Positions 12,181-23,010 of a stretch of DNA of 64,000 nucleotides are shown piece after piece. The DNA lies in the NCBI RefSeq assembly GCF_964204645.1, contig NC_134032.1, positions 6,746,275-6,810,274 of the forward strand, written 5' to 3'. Made by a program: the position numbers and the translations under genes. Numbering within the stretch: position 1 is the first letter of the stretch; every line of letters starts with the position of its first letter. The notes beneath the pieces are model-generated. The model was not told the DNA's origin. It did no database searches and worked only from the letters and a program-made list of their open reading frames with translations. The DNA comes from Tubulanus polymorphus. Lineage: Eukaryota; Animalia; Nemertea.

Positions 12181-12522
12181 ATGGAGAGTAAACAAGTACA
12201 CAGTGAATTCTTAGATAGAATTAAAGATACTTCAAGCGTCAAATCTGTAGATTATAAATTCAAAAAGTTAACAGAATTAACAATCCATAAGAAATATCTA
12301 ATTACAAATATTGATACAGTTGCTAACAAATATGGAGATAAATTAGTTATACACTTAGAATATGAAGGATTAAAAGGAAATACATATAAATTCAGAACAT
12401 ATTTACCAGATAGATTTCATAGATTATCAAGTGAAGATCTAGAAGAATTATGTTCTGGTGATTTCTATTTCGTATACAAAGGTAAGAATGAAAAAGGTCA
12501 CCATGAAATAGATTTCGAATAA
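12181..12522 (+). CDS. Small Polinton protein, possible OB-fold ssDNA-binding protein
   Basis: 113 aa directly after pPolB; beta-strand-like pattern KYGDKLVIHL..YLPDRF..FVYKG. The fold is an inference. Confidence 0.55.
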   Translation: MESKQVHSEFLDRIKDTSSVKSVDYKFKKLTELTIHKKYLITNIDTVANKYGDKLVIHLEYEGLKGNTYKFRTYLPDRFHRLSSEDLEELCSGDFYFVYKGKNEKGHHEIDFE

Positions 12523-12539
12523 GAAAATATGTAAAATAA

Positions 12540-13295
12540 ATGGTAGAATTAAAAGAATACAGAATATTTGTAGATTCTAGAAAACTTACAAATTATAAAT
12601 CACATAATTTATTAGTACAATTAGATAGAGAATTCAAAAATTGTGTAGATTTAAAATTAGTTAATATAAGTTTATGTAATTCTTTTTACAATGTATCGGA
12701 TAAAACTTTTGAACATAGAGGGTTTATGATTTATATGAGAAATAAAGATAAATGGTTTCATATATTTTTAAAACCAGGATTATATAATTTAGAATCATTA
12801 GCGCAGGAAATTAATAGAAGAGCTCGGTTGAAAATCGGGGGCACTTCTGTATTTGAAATTAAATTTAATAAAATTGATAGTACTAATAAAATTAGAATAA
12901 AGATATCTAATGAACAACATAAATTTATGGTAAACAAACCACTGGCTAAAATGTTAGGAATTAAACCGCTTACAGTTACTGGAAACGCAGAAGGTAGCTC
13001 AAATATAATACCTTTTACACACTTTTATATTTATTGCAATTTAATCGAGCCTACAAAAACTTTCGAAGCAACTAAAGAAACAATTTGTAATTCTAGTATA
13101 CTAAATATTTTACCGCTAAAAAATGTTAAACAATTTGGAACTCAAATAAATTATAATTTAACAGAATGTGATTTTAAACCATGCATTCCTAAATTTAATA
13201 ATTCTAAATTAGAAATTAGAAATCAAAATGGATATTTAATTGATTTGAATAACTTTCCTGTGATATATGAATTAGTTATAAGATGTAAAGAGTAA
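12540..13295 (+). CDS. Minor capsid protein (penton, single jelly roll)
   Basis: 251 aa; FYIYCNLIEP...ILNILPL...LEIRNQNGYLIDLNNFPVIYELVI matches the Polinton penton C-terminal pattern. Confidence 0.8.
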   Translation: MVELKEYRIFVDSRKLTNYKSHNLLVQLDREFKNCVDLKLVNISLCNSFYNVSDKTFEHRGFMIYMRNKDKWFHIFLKPGLYNLESLAQEINRRARLKIGGTSVFEIKFNKIDSTNKIRIKISNEQHKFMVNKPLAKMLGIKPLTVTGNAEGSSNIIPFTHFYIYCNLIEPTKTFEATKETICNSSILNILPLKNVKQFGTQINYNLTECDFKPCIPKFNNSKLEIRNQNGYLIDLNNFPVIYELVIRCKE

Positions 13296-13311
13296 TTTTT
13301 TCACTATATAA

Positions 13312-13659
13312 ATGAATATAACTGTCGGACCGAGTATATGTTTTGGATTTGATTTTAAACGTGAGAAAGAAATGAAATTTAACGTTAATGATGTAATTAC
13401 ACATATTAAAAATATTGCATTTTCTAATGAAACAACATTTGAGTATGAAACAACAATAGATAAAGAAACTTTTAATGTAGAAAAGATTACTGAGTCTTTA
13501 AGATTTTACGAATTAGATGAAGATTTTATCATCGATGATATTAAAAAAATAATAATTGAAATATATGATAATCATAAAACTAGTAATGAAATAAATGTTG
13601 AATTAATCATAAATAAGTTAACTAAATATTTTGAAGATAATAATTTCTTTGATAAATAA
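13312..13659 (+). CDS. Hypothetical Polinton protein
   Basis: 115-aa ORF with TATAAATG start, tightly packed among viral genes. Confidence 0.7.
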   Translation: MNITVGPSICFGFDFKREKEMKFNVNDVITHIKNIAFSNETTFEYETTIDKETFNVEKITESLRFYELDEDFIIDDIKKIIIEIYDNHKTSNEINVELIINKLTKYFEDNNFFDK

Positions 13660-13881
13660 ATGAGTGATAATAAGTGGATAATAACTGGATTATATAATGG
13701 CGCATTACTATCAGTTGGAACTGTTGGTTATTCAATGGTATTAAAAAAAGTATTCAAAATGGGAAGTGTTAATGTTGATAGATTTGATATAAATGATATT
13801 TTAAAGTTAACATTAGCAGTTACTTTATCTAATTTAACTATTGATTATTTGGAAAAACAAAAATATATTCCTCCCATATAA
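13660..13881 (+). CDS. Small hydrophobic (putative membrane) Polinton protein
   Basis: 73 aa with two hydrophobic segments; start abuts the upstream stop (TAAATG). Confidence 0.7.
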   Translation: MSDNKWIITGLYNGALLSVGTVGYSMVLKKVFKMGSVNVDRFDINDILKLTLAVTLSNLTIDYLEKQKYIPPI

Positions 13882-13905
13882 ATGCATAATTTTTTTGCTA
13901 AATAA

Positions 13906-14328
13906 ATGGCTTCTGCAATTATAACTATTATAGGATCGGCAATTGTTAACGCTTAAGCATTTACTGGTGGTGGTTATTTATTTAAACATATTGATAAAAA
14001 TAGTTCATTAGGAGAACAAAGAAGACATAACTTAGCGTTAGAGAAATACAATAAAGCTGCAGAAGAATATAGAGAAAAGAGGCAAAACTATATGGATTAC
14101 ATCAATAAAGAATTATATGGTCAGAAGATTTCACATAGAGATTTTCAATCAGTTGATGATGCAATGAGTTTATATAACGCAGTAACAAATAAAGAAAAAT
14201 TACATCTATACAAACCTAAATTATCAGATTATTATACCCCGAGTAAAGAACAACAGAAATATGAAATAATTTGGATTTTAGGTGGAACAGTTATTGTTAT
14301 ATTTGTTGCTTATAAATTTACTAATTAG
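13906..14328 (+). pseudogene. Polinton membrane/coiled-coil protein with premature stop
   Basis: ATG 13906 MASAIITIIGSAIVNA*AFTGGGYLF...EQRRHNLALEKY, in frame with ORF 14092-14328; TAA at 13954-13956; C-terminal TM segment. Confidence 0.8.
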
Positions 14329-14347
14329 TAATTTTTATTCTAAATAA

Positions 14348-14780
14348 ATGGAAGATAAAGTTGATAATATTGATATTATTCCTCATGATATAAATAAAAC
14401 TAAATTAAAAACATTTAGAAAAACAAATATTAGAATTTGAAAGTGACTTAAAGATAAAAAAGAAAAAATATTTAAAAAGTAAAATTATATATTATTTGAT
14501 TATAAGTGGTTCGGTTACAATTAGTTCTGTAATAACATTTCTAGCAATATTCAGTCCATTAACACCTTTAGCTATATCAATTGGTGTGTTAGGATTAAGT
14601 TCAAGTGTTTTAACTGGTATAAGTTCAAAATTAAATATAAAAAGTAATAAAGAAAAAATTAAAACTAATATAAAAGAAATTAATAAATTAAAGAATACAC
14701 TAGATTATATAATAAGTTTAAATGGTCATATAACAGTTGAAGAACAAGATAAATTATTAAAAGAATTAATAAATTATTAA
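14348..14780 (+). pseudogene. Frameshifted Polinton membrane protein
   Basis: AATAAATG start at 14348 (MEDKVDNID...); frame shifts near 14410-14430 into the hydrophobic ORF 14496-14780. Confidence 0.7.
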
Positions 14781-14796
14781 TTTTTTAATTATATAA

Positions 14797-16098
14797 ATGG
14801 GGTTTCCAAAAGCTTTCCAATATAATAAATCAATTAAATATAATATTCCGGCAATAGATTTTAAGAAAAATATTACATATAAAAATGTAGTTTTAAATTC
14901 ATTAACTAATTTAGAAATTTATGTTAATGAATCACAGTTTTTTATTTCTAAAATGGAAAATATATTTAATACATATGAAGTTACTTTTACTCGAGATGAA
15001 TATCATATATATAAAGTAAAATCTAATATGAAATATTGGCAGAATCAATTAAATTTTGCTGTTTATTGTGCAACAACAGGTTGTGGAATTAGTTGGAATG
15101 ATCATTTAAATAACTTAGATAAAAATTTGAAGTATTCTGATTTAAAATTAATTCACACAATATTTAGATTTCACACATATTTTCAAATCAGAATAATATT
15201 AAATGAATTAGAATGTCCTTTACCCGGGTCTAAATATTTTAAAGAATTAGATAATAATATTAATATATCCAAGTTTTATAAAATATGTAATGAATTTAAT
15301 ATAAATATTAATTCCGATTTCAGAGCGCATGGTAAATTGCAAGGTGTTGGTGAAGAGTATGAAATAAAAAGAATTGATTATATGCATAGAATTTCAGCTT
15401 ATCATAATTATAAAATTGATAATAATAATGGTTGGGTTAATTTCATTTTAGAAAATGGTGAAGGTTTTACAAAATCAGGTATACAAAGAATAAATCAATC
15501 TATTAGAATTTATTTGATATGTATTTTAGGCGCTCAAGTTGAAACAAGATCCCCAATAATTGGAAATGATAACACTTCATTCGATGCGCAGAAACAGTTT
15601 AAAGTTTTATTTGAAGATTCCATACATGATGATAAAAATAGATCGATTCCAGAAAACATTATAAGATATCAAAATTATTTAGATAAATCTCATGTAAGAC
15701 TTAATTATTGTATAGGCCCTAATCTATTAATTATTTCTAATGATTTAGTATTAAAGATGGGAAACATAATTGGTTATAATAATCTAATTAAAACTGCAAC
15801 AATAAATAATTCATTTGGATTAAATGATATAAATAAAAAGATTATTACTGCTCCAAAATTAATGGAAGGTGAAAAAAATAAAAAACATATTCAATCAACT
15901 GAAACTAAAACTAATAATATTAAATTAAATAATGATTCTAAAATAAAAGATTATAATACATCAGAAAATATAAAAACTGATAATATTCAACATGATATAA
16001 TTAAACTAAATGATGATAATAAATCCCATGAAAATACTAAATTAGCTATAACTTGTATAGGAATTGTAATCGGAGGAATATTATATTTTAAATTTTAA
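14797..16098 (+). CDS. Hypothetical Polinton protein with C-terminal TM anchor
   Basis: Intact 433 aa; motif YWQNQLNFAVYCATTGCG; hydrophobic C-terminus. Confidence 0.8.
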   Translation: MGFPKAFQYNKSIKYNIPAIDFKKNITYKNVVLNSLTNLEIYVNESQFFISKMENIFNTYEVTFTRDEYHIYKVKSNMKYWQNQLNFAVYCATTGCGISWNDHLNNLDKNLKYSDLKLIHTIFRFHTYFQIRIILNELECPLPGSKYFKELDNNINISKFYKICNEFNININSDFRAHGKLQGVGEEYEIKRIDYMHRISAYHNYKIDNNNGWVNFILENGEGFTKSGIQRINQSIRIYLICILGAQVETRSPIIGNDNTSFDAQKQFKVLFEDSIHDDKNRSIPENIIRYQNYLDKSHVRLNYCIGPNLLIISNDLVLKMGNIIGYNNLIKTATINNSFGLNDINKKIITAPKLMEGEKNKKHIQSTETKTNNIKLNNDSKIKDYNTSENIKTDNIQHDIIKLNDDNKSHENTKLAITCIGIVIGGILYFKF

Positions 16099-16114
16099 TT
16101 TTTTTATTATATAA

Positions 16115-17574
16115 ATGGATGAAGAAATTCCATTGGATACTTTTGGTGACGCCCCTGGTATAAGTGATGAACCACAAACTGATTTTAATGAAACTAATAT
16201 TGATAATGATGATGAATCAGCATATAATTCTAATTTAGCAGATAGTGGTTCTAAAGCCCCATCAACAGATGAATTTGATAGAAGAACTAGATCAAGAATA
16301 AATCCTGAAAATGAAATTCCAGGTTTATAAAAGGAAGATTTAGAAAATATTGGATTTATATATAAGTTTCAACATGTATTTAAAGATTCTGGATATAATA
16401 TAAATAATAGAGGCGCCAGACTTTTAGTACAAGATTTAAAGTTTTTAGATGGTGAATATTATTATCGTGTGAAAGAAAAATCGGATTATTATATTAATAT
16501 CTCTAATAAAAATCAAGACAAAATAGTAGCAAAATCAACTTTGCTTAAGTCTGACTCATTACTATCTAGAATTAAAAGAATAAGTAATATTATGAAATAA
16601 AAGATGTAACACAAGAAGAAATTATTAAAAATAGAAAAGAATTTAAACAAAGAATTAATGAATTATTTGAAACAATCAAAGATAATCCAGAAACAGAAAC
16701 AACTTCTGAACAGAATATAACTTCCAAAACTAGTAAACTTAAATCAAACACTGAAGTTCAAACTGAAAAACTTTTACCGAATGGATTACTTGATGCAACA
16801 GATCAAGAAATAGAAGCTTTAAGTATGTTTTCTAAAAAAACAATTAGAGAAATAATAAGTATACGAAATGATGCCGATAAAATTGCTCGCGAAAAACATA
16901 TTAGATATAATAAAATTAAACCTTTAGAAAATAAATTATTTGACACCAGAAAAGAAATAGAACAATTAAAATTAGATAGAGAATTTAAAGTTATTGAAGA
17001 AATTGAATTTAAAAAAAGAAATGCATATTTAGAAAAAGAAATTGATGATTTAGAATATAACATAGAATTTCAGAAAGAAAAAATGAAATTATTATTAAAA
17101 TCATACGATTATTGTATCAATAGATTAAAAGTTGTTGTTAAAGAGTTAATACTAAAACCAAATTCTGACATATCACTAAAAGATAGAATAAAATTATTAT
17201 TTAAGTTTGAAGGAATAACAGTTCTTTCAATTCTAACAGCTGTAACTATGTTATTCACAACAATAGGTTTAGCTATATCAAATTCACTGAAATCTACACC
17301 TACTCCAAATAAACCAGATAAACCTCCAGGTAATAATTCTATACAAGATAAAGTTAAAGATGGTTTAAAGAAATTAGCAAAATATTTATGGGAACTATCT
17401 AAAAAATCTGCTGCAGCATTGCCAGGAGTTATTGCTTCAATTGTTGGTTTTATATTGAAATCTGCAGGAAACATTATTAACTTTGCTGCTGAACATATTA
17501 TTTTATTTTTAATTACAGTTGTAAGTGCTATTATTTTTGGTTTAGTGAATATGATATCAAAAGATATCAAGTAA
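16115..17574 (+). pseudogene. Interrupted coiled-coil/membrane Polinton protein
   Basis: TATAAATG start at 16115; TAA at 16328, after which the reading frame continues (KEDLENIGF...); frameshift near 16585 joins ORF 16825-17574 (coiled coil plus hydrophobic helices). Confidence 0.75.
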
Positions 17575-17646
17575 ACCATGATATCAAAAAATATCAAGTA
17601 AACCATGATATCAAAAAATAAATAATTAATTTTTTTTGTTAAATAA

Positions 17647-18894
17647 ATGAGTGGGAGTTATATAAGTCCTTCGAAGAATCATAGAATATCTAATGCTATT
17701 AAAGCAGAAAGATCACATCATATAATTACTCATAACCCTTCAAATATTAATCCCGATGAAACTTTATACGTTAGAATCCCGAGATTAACACAAAATACTT
17801 TTTATGTTCCAAATAGTATTTATTTATCAGCTGATATAAAAGTAATCGGTAATAATAATAATTATGTTGTTGATAATGTTGGAAGATATTTGATTAAAAA
17901 GTTAACAATAAAGATTGGTCCAGAAACAGTTTTCTCATTAGATGATTATAATTTATTTTCACATTATAAAGATTTATGGTTAACTAAAGAAAATAGAAAT
18001 AATATGATATTTCAGGGTATTCAATCAGAAAACCAAAATAAATTAAGATCAGAAGCTAATAGCGCAATATTAACTAATGATGTAGATAAATTGATAAAAA
18101 GTATATATGGAAGCAAATATAAAATTCCATTAGACTTTGAATTGATAAATAATAATGCACCTTTATATAAATACGCAATTCAAGAAGATATTATATTTGA
18201 GATAACATTTGCTCCTGTAAATGAAATTGTATTATCTAGCGTTAATAAAGATATGAGTTATAAATTATCGAATATATGTTTAGAATATGACACAGTAACT
18301 GATGAAAATATTTCAAGTATAATTCAAACTCAATACAATCAAGGGTTTTCATTATTATATGATTATATTGATAAATTTAAAACTGTAACTATTAATGCAA
18401 ATGATGAAATAATTAATGAGAATATTAACTTTCCTAGAAGATCTATTAAAGGTATATTAATATTTTTTACCATTGGAACGTATACTAATGGTGCAATAAA
18501 TGTTGATAATTATTATAATCCTGAAATAACAAAAGTAGAAATAACTATCGAAGGAATAGCGAATAAAATATTTTGTCAAGGAATGAGAATGATTGATCAA
18601 TGGCCAGAAATTAGAAAACATTTTATGAATGAAAAAGTGAAATCATTTGAAAATTGTAACATTAATCAAATTGATTATTATACCGGTAATAAATATGCAT
18701 TATGGTTAGATTTTAGAACAACTGAAGATAATTCATTACATGGTTCTGGAAAAAAACTACAGAACACTAAAGATGGAATACAATTATTCATGATAAAGGA
18801 AAAGGGAATCAAAAATTTTAAAATGCATATTTATATTATATCTGACGCGCAATTAAATATTGTAAATTCACAATTAGATAGTGTTATGTATTAA
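17647..18894 (+). CDS. Major capsid protein (double jelly roll)
   Basis: Intact 415 aa, beta-rich; N-terminal IITHNPSNINPDETLYVRIP and C-terminal YALWLDFRT..LHGSG patterns resemble invertebrate Polinton MCPs; size and position fit. Confidence 0.85.
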   Translation: MSGSYISPSKNHRISNAIKAERSHHIITHNPSNINPDETLYVRIPRLTQNTFYVPNSIYLSADIKVIGNNNNYVVDNVGRYLIKKLTIKIGPETVFSLDDYNLFSHYKDLWLTKENRNNMIFQGIQSENQNKLRSEANSAILTNDVDKLIKSIYGSKYKIPLDFELINNNAPLYKYAIQEDIIFEITFAPVNEIVLSSVNKDMSYKLSNICLEYDTVTDENISSIIQTQYNQGFSLLYDYIDKFKTVTINANDEIINENINFPRRSIKGILIFFTIGTYTNGAINVDNYYNPEITKVEITIEGIANKIFCQGMRMIDQWPEIRKHFMNEKVKSFENCNINQIDYYTGNKYALWLDFRTTEDNSLHGSGKKLQNTKDGIQLFMIKEKGIKNFKMHIYIISDAQLNIVNSQLDSVMY

Positions 18895-18926
18895 AATTTT
18901 AACTTTAATAAAAATATATATAATAA

Positions 18927-19841
18927 ATGGAAGGAGGTAAAGTATATGAAAGAATCAAAGCTGATAAAGAAATCAATGATGATTTGTATTATGTAATACC
19001 TTATAAAAGAATAAATGAATATATTGGAACATTTTTATTAAATGAATTAAATCAATACAAAGAATATTTAATTGAACGTAATAATAAAAGTGGTGTTGTT
19101 AATAATAGTGTAATTGATAATAATGTAATACCTACTACACCTGTAATACCTACTACTACATCTGTAATACCTACTACATCTGTAATACCTACTACATCTG
19201 TAATACCTACTACATCTAATAATAGAATAATATTAGATGTTAGTGAAAATAGAAATTATTGTGGTTATTGTAATGGTGAATTTTCAAACGCTCCATCAAA
19301 TTGGAATAAACATATGAATACAAAGGTACATATTACTAATGTTATAGAACGTGTTGGTTTAAGAGAATTTATAGAACACCCATTTAGATATGTTACGAAG
19401 TTTGTTTCAAATCAAAAAGTAAATGGTAAAGAATTATATAAAGATTTTTTATTAGCAACACCTAATAAAGATGAATTAGATTTAACCGATGCTAATGAAA
19501 TATTAGGATCAAATATTGTAAATGAAATATTAGGAGCAAACACTAATAAAGATGATAATGAAAATGATGCCGCCATACGCCCACATGGTGATATAGTTAC
19601 AGATAAACATATTGATAATAAAGATTCTATGAAACATAAAGAAGAAACTATTGATGATATAATAGAAAGGATGAATAAGTTTAAAAATGAAACAACTATT
19701 GATGATGCGGTAAAAAGGGTGAAGAATAAGTATAAAAATAATGAAGAATTTGAAGAAGAAAATTCGGTAGAGCATTTAAATATGTTGTTAGGGTCTGATA
19801 GTGAAAGTGATTCAGAAAGTAATTATCTAACACTCGAATAA
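18927..19841 (+). CDS. Hypothetical protein with (VIPTTS)n repeat, C2H2-type Zn finger and acidic tail
   Basis: 304 aa; 18-bp coding repeat at ~19125-19218; CGYC..HMNTKVH. Confidence 0.75.
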   Translation: MEGGKVYERIKADKEINDDLYYVIPYKRINEYIGTFLLNELNQYKEYLIERNNKSGVVNNSVIDNNVIPTTPVIPTTTSVIPTTSVIPTTSVIPTTSNNRIILDVSENRNYCGYCNGEFSNAPSNWNKHMNTKVHITNVIERVGLREFIEHPFRYVTKFVSNQKVNGKELYKDFLLATPNKDELDLTDANEILGSNIVNEILGANTNKDDNENDAAIRPHGDIVTDKHIDNKDSMKHKEETIDDIIERMNKFKNETTIDDAVKRVKNKYKNNEEFEEENSVEHLNMLLGSDSESDSESNYLTLE

Positions 19842-19896
19842 TAAAAGTTGAAAATTTTATAAAATAATAGTAAATAAAAAAAGGTTTTGATTATTT

Positions 19897-20022
19897 AAGG
19901 TATCTAATAGGGTATCAGGTATTAGGGCATCTAATGGAGTATTAGGTATTAAGGTATCTAATGGGGTATTAGGTATTAAGGTATCTAATACATAGGTATT
20001 AGGGTATCTAATACATAGGTAT
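19897..20022. repeat. ~24-27-bp self-complementary tandem repeat at the convergent gene junction
   Basis: About 5 units of AGGTATCTAAT(GGGGT)ATTAGGTATTA between the stops at 19841 (+) and 20031 (-). Confidence 0.85.
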
Positions 20023-20030
20023 ACAAATAG

Positions 20031-20644
20031 TTATTTTATAAATTTATATTCATATGGAAATTGTAATCTCATTAATAATTTTGAACCTCTATTATTCTTT
20101 AATTTATTCATATATTCATCATGTAATTCAGGAGGTATAATTTGATTTTCTTCCAATGATTGTTGCATAGATTTTCTATCTTTGTTGTAGAATAAAACTA
20201 GAAATCTTATATTCTCTCTAAAATCTTTCACAATTGAATTATATTTCTGATTTAAAACCCAAGTTGTTATCCCAAAATGTCTACCAGAGAAAGCTAAATA
20301 ACATAACTCACTTTCTCTAATTTTAGAATCATGTAAATTTGCGCAATCATCAATAATAAATAATGTATTAGATATTTATAAATATCTAATGTAATTTTTA
20401 TACAATTATCTAAATTATCTTTTACTGTTTTAGAATTTAATATAATAAACTTTTTATCTTTAAAAACTATATCTCTATTATACGTTTCATTCATTTCATA
20501 AGTTGGGCAGAATAATATTATATTATCAAAATGATTCTGATAAATAGTTTCTAATAAATCTAATATGAAGTGTGTTTTACCACAATTTGTAACTCCAGTT
20601 ATTAACATATTATGTGGTTCAAATATAAACAAATCTTTATTCAT
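20031..20644 (-). pseudogene. A32/FtsK-like DNA packaging ATPase, frameshifted
   Basis: Walker A GVTNCGKT; after a frameshift near 20372, Walker B LFIIDDCA, then SGRH and NQKY, continuing into ORF 20031-20231. Confidence 0.9.
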
Positions 20645-21725
20645 TTATTCTTTTAATTTTACTAGATAAAATCCATTCATTAAATTTATCATCATATCCT
20701 TTATATTTCACCAAAGAATACTTTTTTCCTTTAAGAGTTTTAGTTTTTAATACCTTTTCTATTTTGTATTCTATTTCATCTGGATTTGGTACTAATGATA
20801 ATTCTTGTTCATAAAAATAACCTAATATTTCTTCATCTTTTAAATCAAACAATTTATAAACAAATGGTTTAGTTAATATTATCTTTTTAATTTTAAAAAT
20901 TTCTTCTGTAAAATTAGGGGTATAACCTTTATAAAATGTTTTTCTATATTTAGAAATTCTAACATGTTGTCCTATTTTAAATTTAGGTTCTCCAAAATCG
21001 TGTGTAACAAATGCTCCATATAAATTATTCCAAACTATTTCTGAATTTTCTTCTTTTCTAGCTTGTATAGGTTTCATATTTATAGAACTATGTTTAGAAT
21101 TATTATAACCTTTCACTAAATCATCTAACACATCGATATATTTATATGTTTCATTAGCGGTGAAATATTTCCACATTCTAGTTTTCAATGTTTTATTAAA
21201 TCTTTCTATAACAGATGCTTTTTTATCTGAATGTGTTGAAAAATATTCTACATCGTTATCAATTAATAGTTTTTTGAAATGTTTGTTATAAAATTCTTTA
21301 CCTTCATCAAATTGTATTTTATCTGGGATAGCTTCTTTAAATATTAATTTGAAAGAATTTGTAACTTCTATACCAGTTTTATTTTTAATCGGGATACTCC
21401 ATGCGTATCTACTGAATATATCTATAACATTTAGTATCCAAAAATATCCTTTGTTATATTCTTCTAAGTTTTTCATATCAATTAAATCAGCTTGCCATTG
21501 TTGGTCAATATATGAAACCATTACTTTTCTTGTTAAATATTTTTTATCCATCTTTTTATGAATTTGATATGTGGGTTGATTTTGTAACCATGATTTTAAT
21601 TCACTATATTTTATATTGCTATTATCAGATTAAATTTTATCCCATAATTCCGAAACACTTGAATATGAAACTTCACTTTCTGGGTTATAATATAACGCTC
21701 TTAAATATTGTTCTTTTTTCATCAT
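20637..21725 (-). pseudogene. Retroviral-like (rve) integrase with C-terminal chromodomain; premature stop in N-terminus
   Basis: DDE triad WQADL / QFDEGKEF / VIERFNKTLK; chromodomain YKIEKVL..LVKYKGYDDKFNEWI. In-frame ATG at 21725 (MMKKEQYLRALYYNP) with TAA at 21632-21630. Confidence 0.92.
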
Positions 21726-21728
21726 ATT

Positions 21729-22136
21729 TTAATCCATTAATAATATTTTAGATTTATTTTCATTTGATTTATTTTCTGGTGGTTTATTGTCTGTACATGG
21801 GTAACGAAGTTTCCGTTCATCATTATCATTATCACTTTCATTATTATTAAATTTTGATTTATATATTACACCGGATAATATAATAACTGTTACTAATCCA
21901 ATTGTAATATATAATTTATAATTACTTCCAGCATTAGAAGAATTAGATGGATTATTATTTGAATCAATACCACCGTGTGGGTGCTGTACGGCACCATCAG
22001 ATAAAGTCTGTGATTCATTTATATCAGTTAATTTCTTTTTCTTAGCTTTTTTTAATTCTGAAGATCTTTTACCTAATTCTCTTGCCCATTTAATTTGTTT
22101 CTCGGATCTAGCCTTTTTCTTAACGCCATCACTCAT
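21729..22136 (-). CDS. Hypothetical Polinton protein, basic N-terminus plus one TM segment
   Basis: 135 aa; AATAAATG start; TM LYITIGLVTVIILSGVIY. Confidence 0.7.
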   Translation of the reverse strand: MSDGVKKKARSEKQIKWARELGKRSSELKKAKKKKLTDINESQTLSDGAVQHPHGGIDSNNNPSNSSNAGSNYKLYITIGLVTVIILSGVIYKSKFNNNESDNDNDERKLRYPCTDNKPPENKSNENKSKILLMD

Positions 22137-22731
22137 TTATTTTAGTTAATTTTTGTTCTGATTCATTTTCTGTTTCACTGTTTGGTTGTAGTACATCTGT
22201 TTCGTTCTTACCTGATTTATATTCCATAGGTTTGATATTCGAAAATGTTATGACGCCAGTAGAAATCAATGTCATAACCGATCCTAATTGAAATGAAGCA
22301 TAACCGACCCATTTTTGTAATTCAGTCATAACTAAGTAGTCATTTTTCAAATCACTATATAATTTATTTTCATCATCAATTGGTATTAACTGGTTACATA
22401 ATTTTGAATAACATTTGACAATACCATCTGAAATAGAATCATTTATTCTAGCTAATCTTGACTCTTCATAAATCTTAAAATATTTTATTACTTTTTCTTT
22501 ATTCATATTATCTAATTCTTGAAAAGTTATTGTTTTACCAATAAACTCTTTAGTTTTTCCACTCGCAATCAATAGTTCTAGATGATGCTTACAATATAAA
22601 TAGTATTCATAATCTATATTGTTATTAACTTGAATAGAATTAGAAACAACTGTATCTTTATTATCACTAATACCCAAATCATCTAATGTCTTTTCAATAT
22701 CAATATTATTCTTATTAGATTTCTTTGACAT
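22129..22731 (-). CDS. Hypothetical Polinton protein
   Basis: 200 aa; T-run followed by TATAAATG start. Confidence 0.75.
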   Translation of the reverse strand: MSKKSNKNNIDIEKTLDDLGISDNKDTVVSNSIQVNNNIDYEYYLYCKHHLELLIASGKTKEFIGKTITFQELDNMNKEKVIKYFKIYEESRLARINDSISDGIVKCYSKLCNQLIPIDDENKLYSDLKNDYLVMTELQKWVGYASFQLGSVMTLISTGVITFSNIKPMEYKSGKNETDVLQPNSETENESEQKLTKINE

Positions 22732-23010
22732 TTATATTAGAGGAAAAAAGCAAAAAAAATATTATAAGTATTCTTCAAATGATACTAGCTAGTTAAAGCT
22801 AAAGAATTCTAGTATTAGTTATTGTTTTTTTAGTATTTTTTATTTGTGATATAAAGTATTCTTTTTTGAAAAGAAAATATTAAAAATATAATAGAATTCA
22901 CAAGCTAGTTGAAGGTATGTAATTTTTATTATATTTTATTTAAATTCTATTTGATATCTCACTACTTTTGTTTATCTATTAGGAGCAGTAGTTATAACTG
23001 TCCAGATAAG

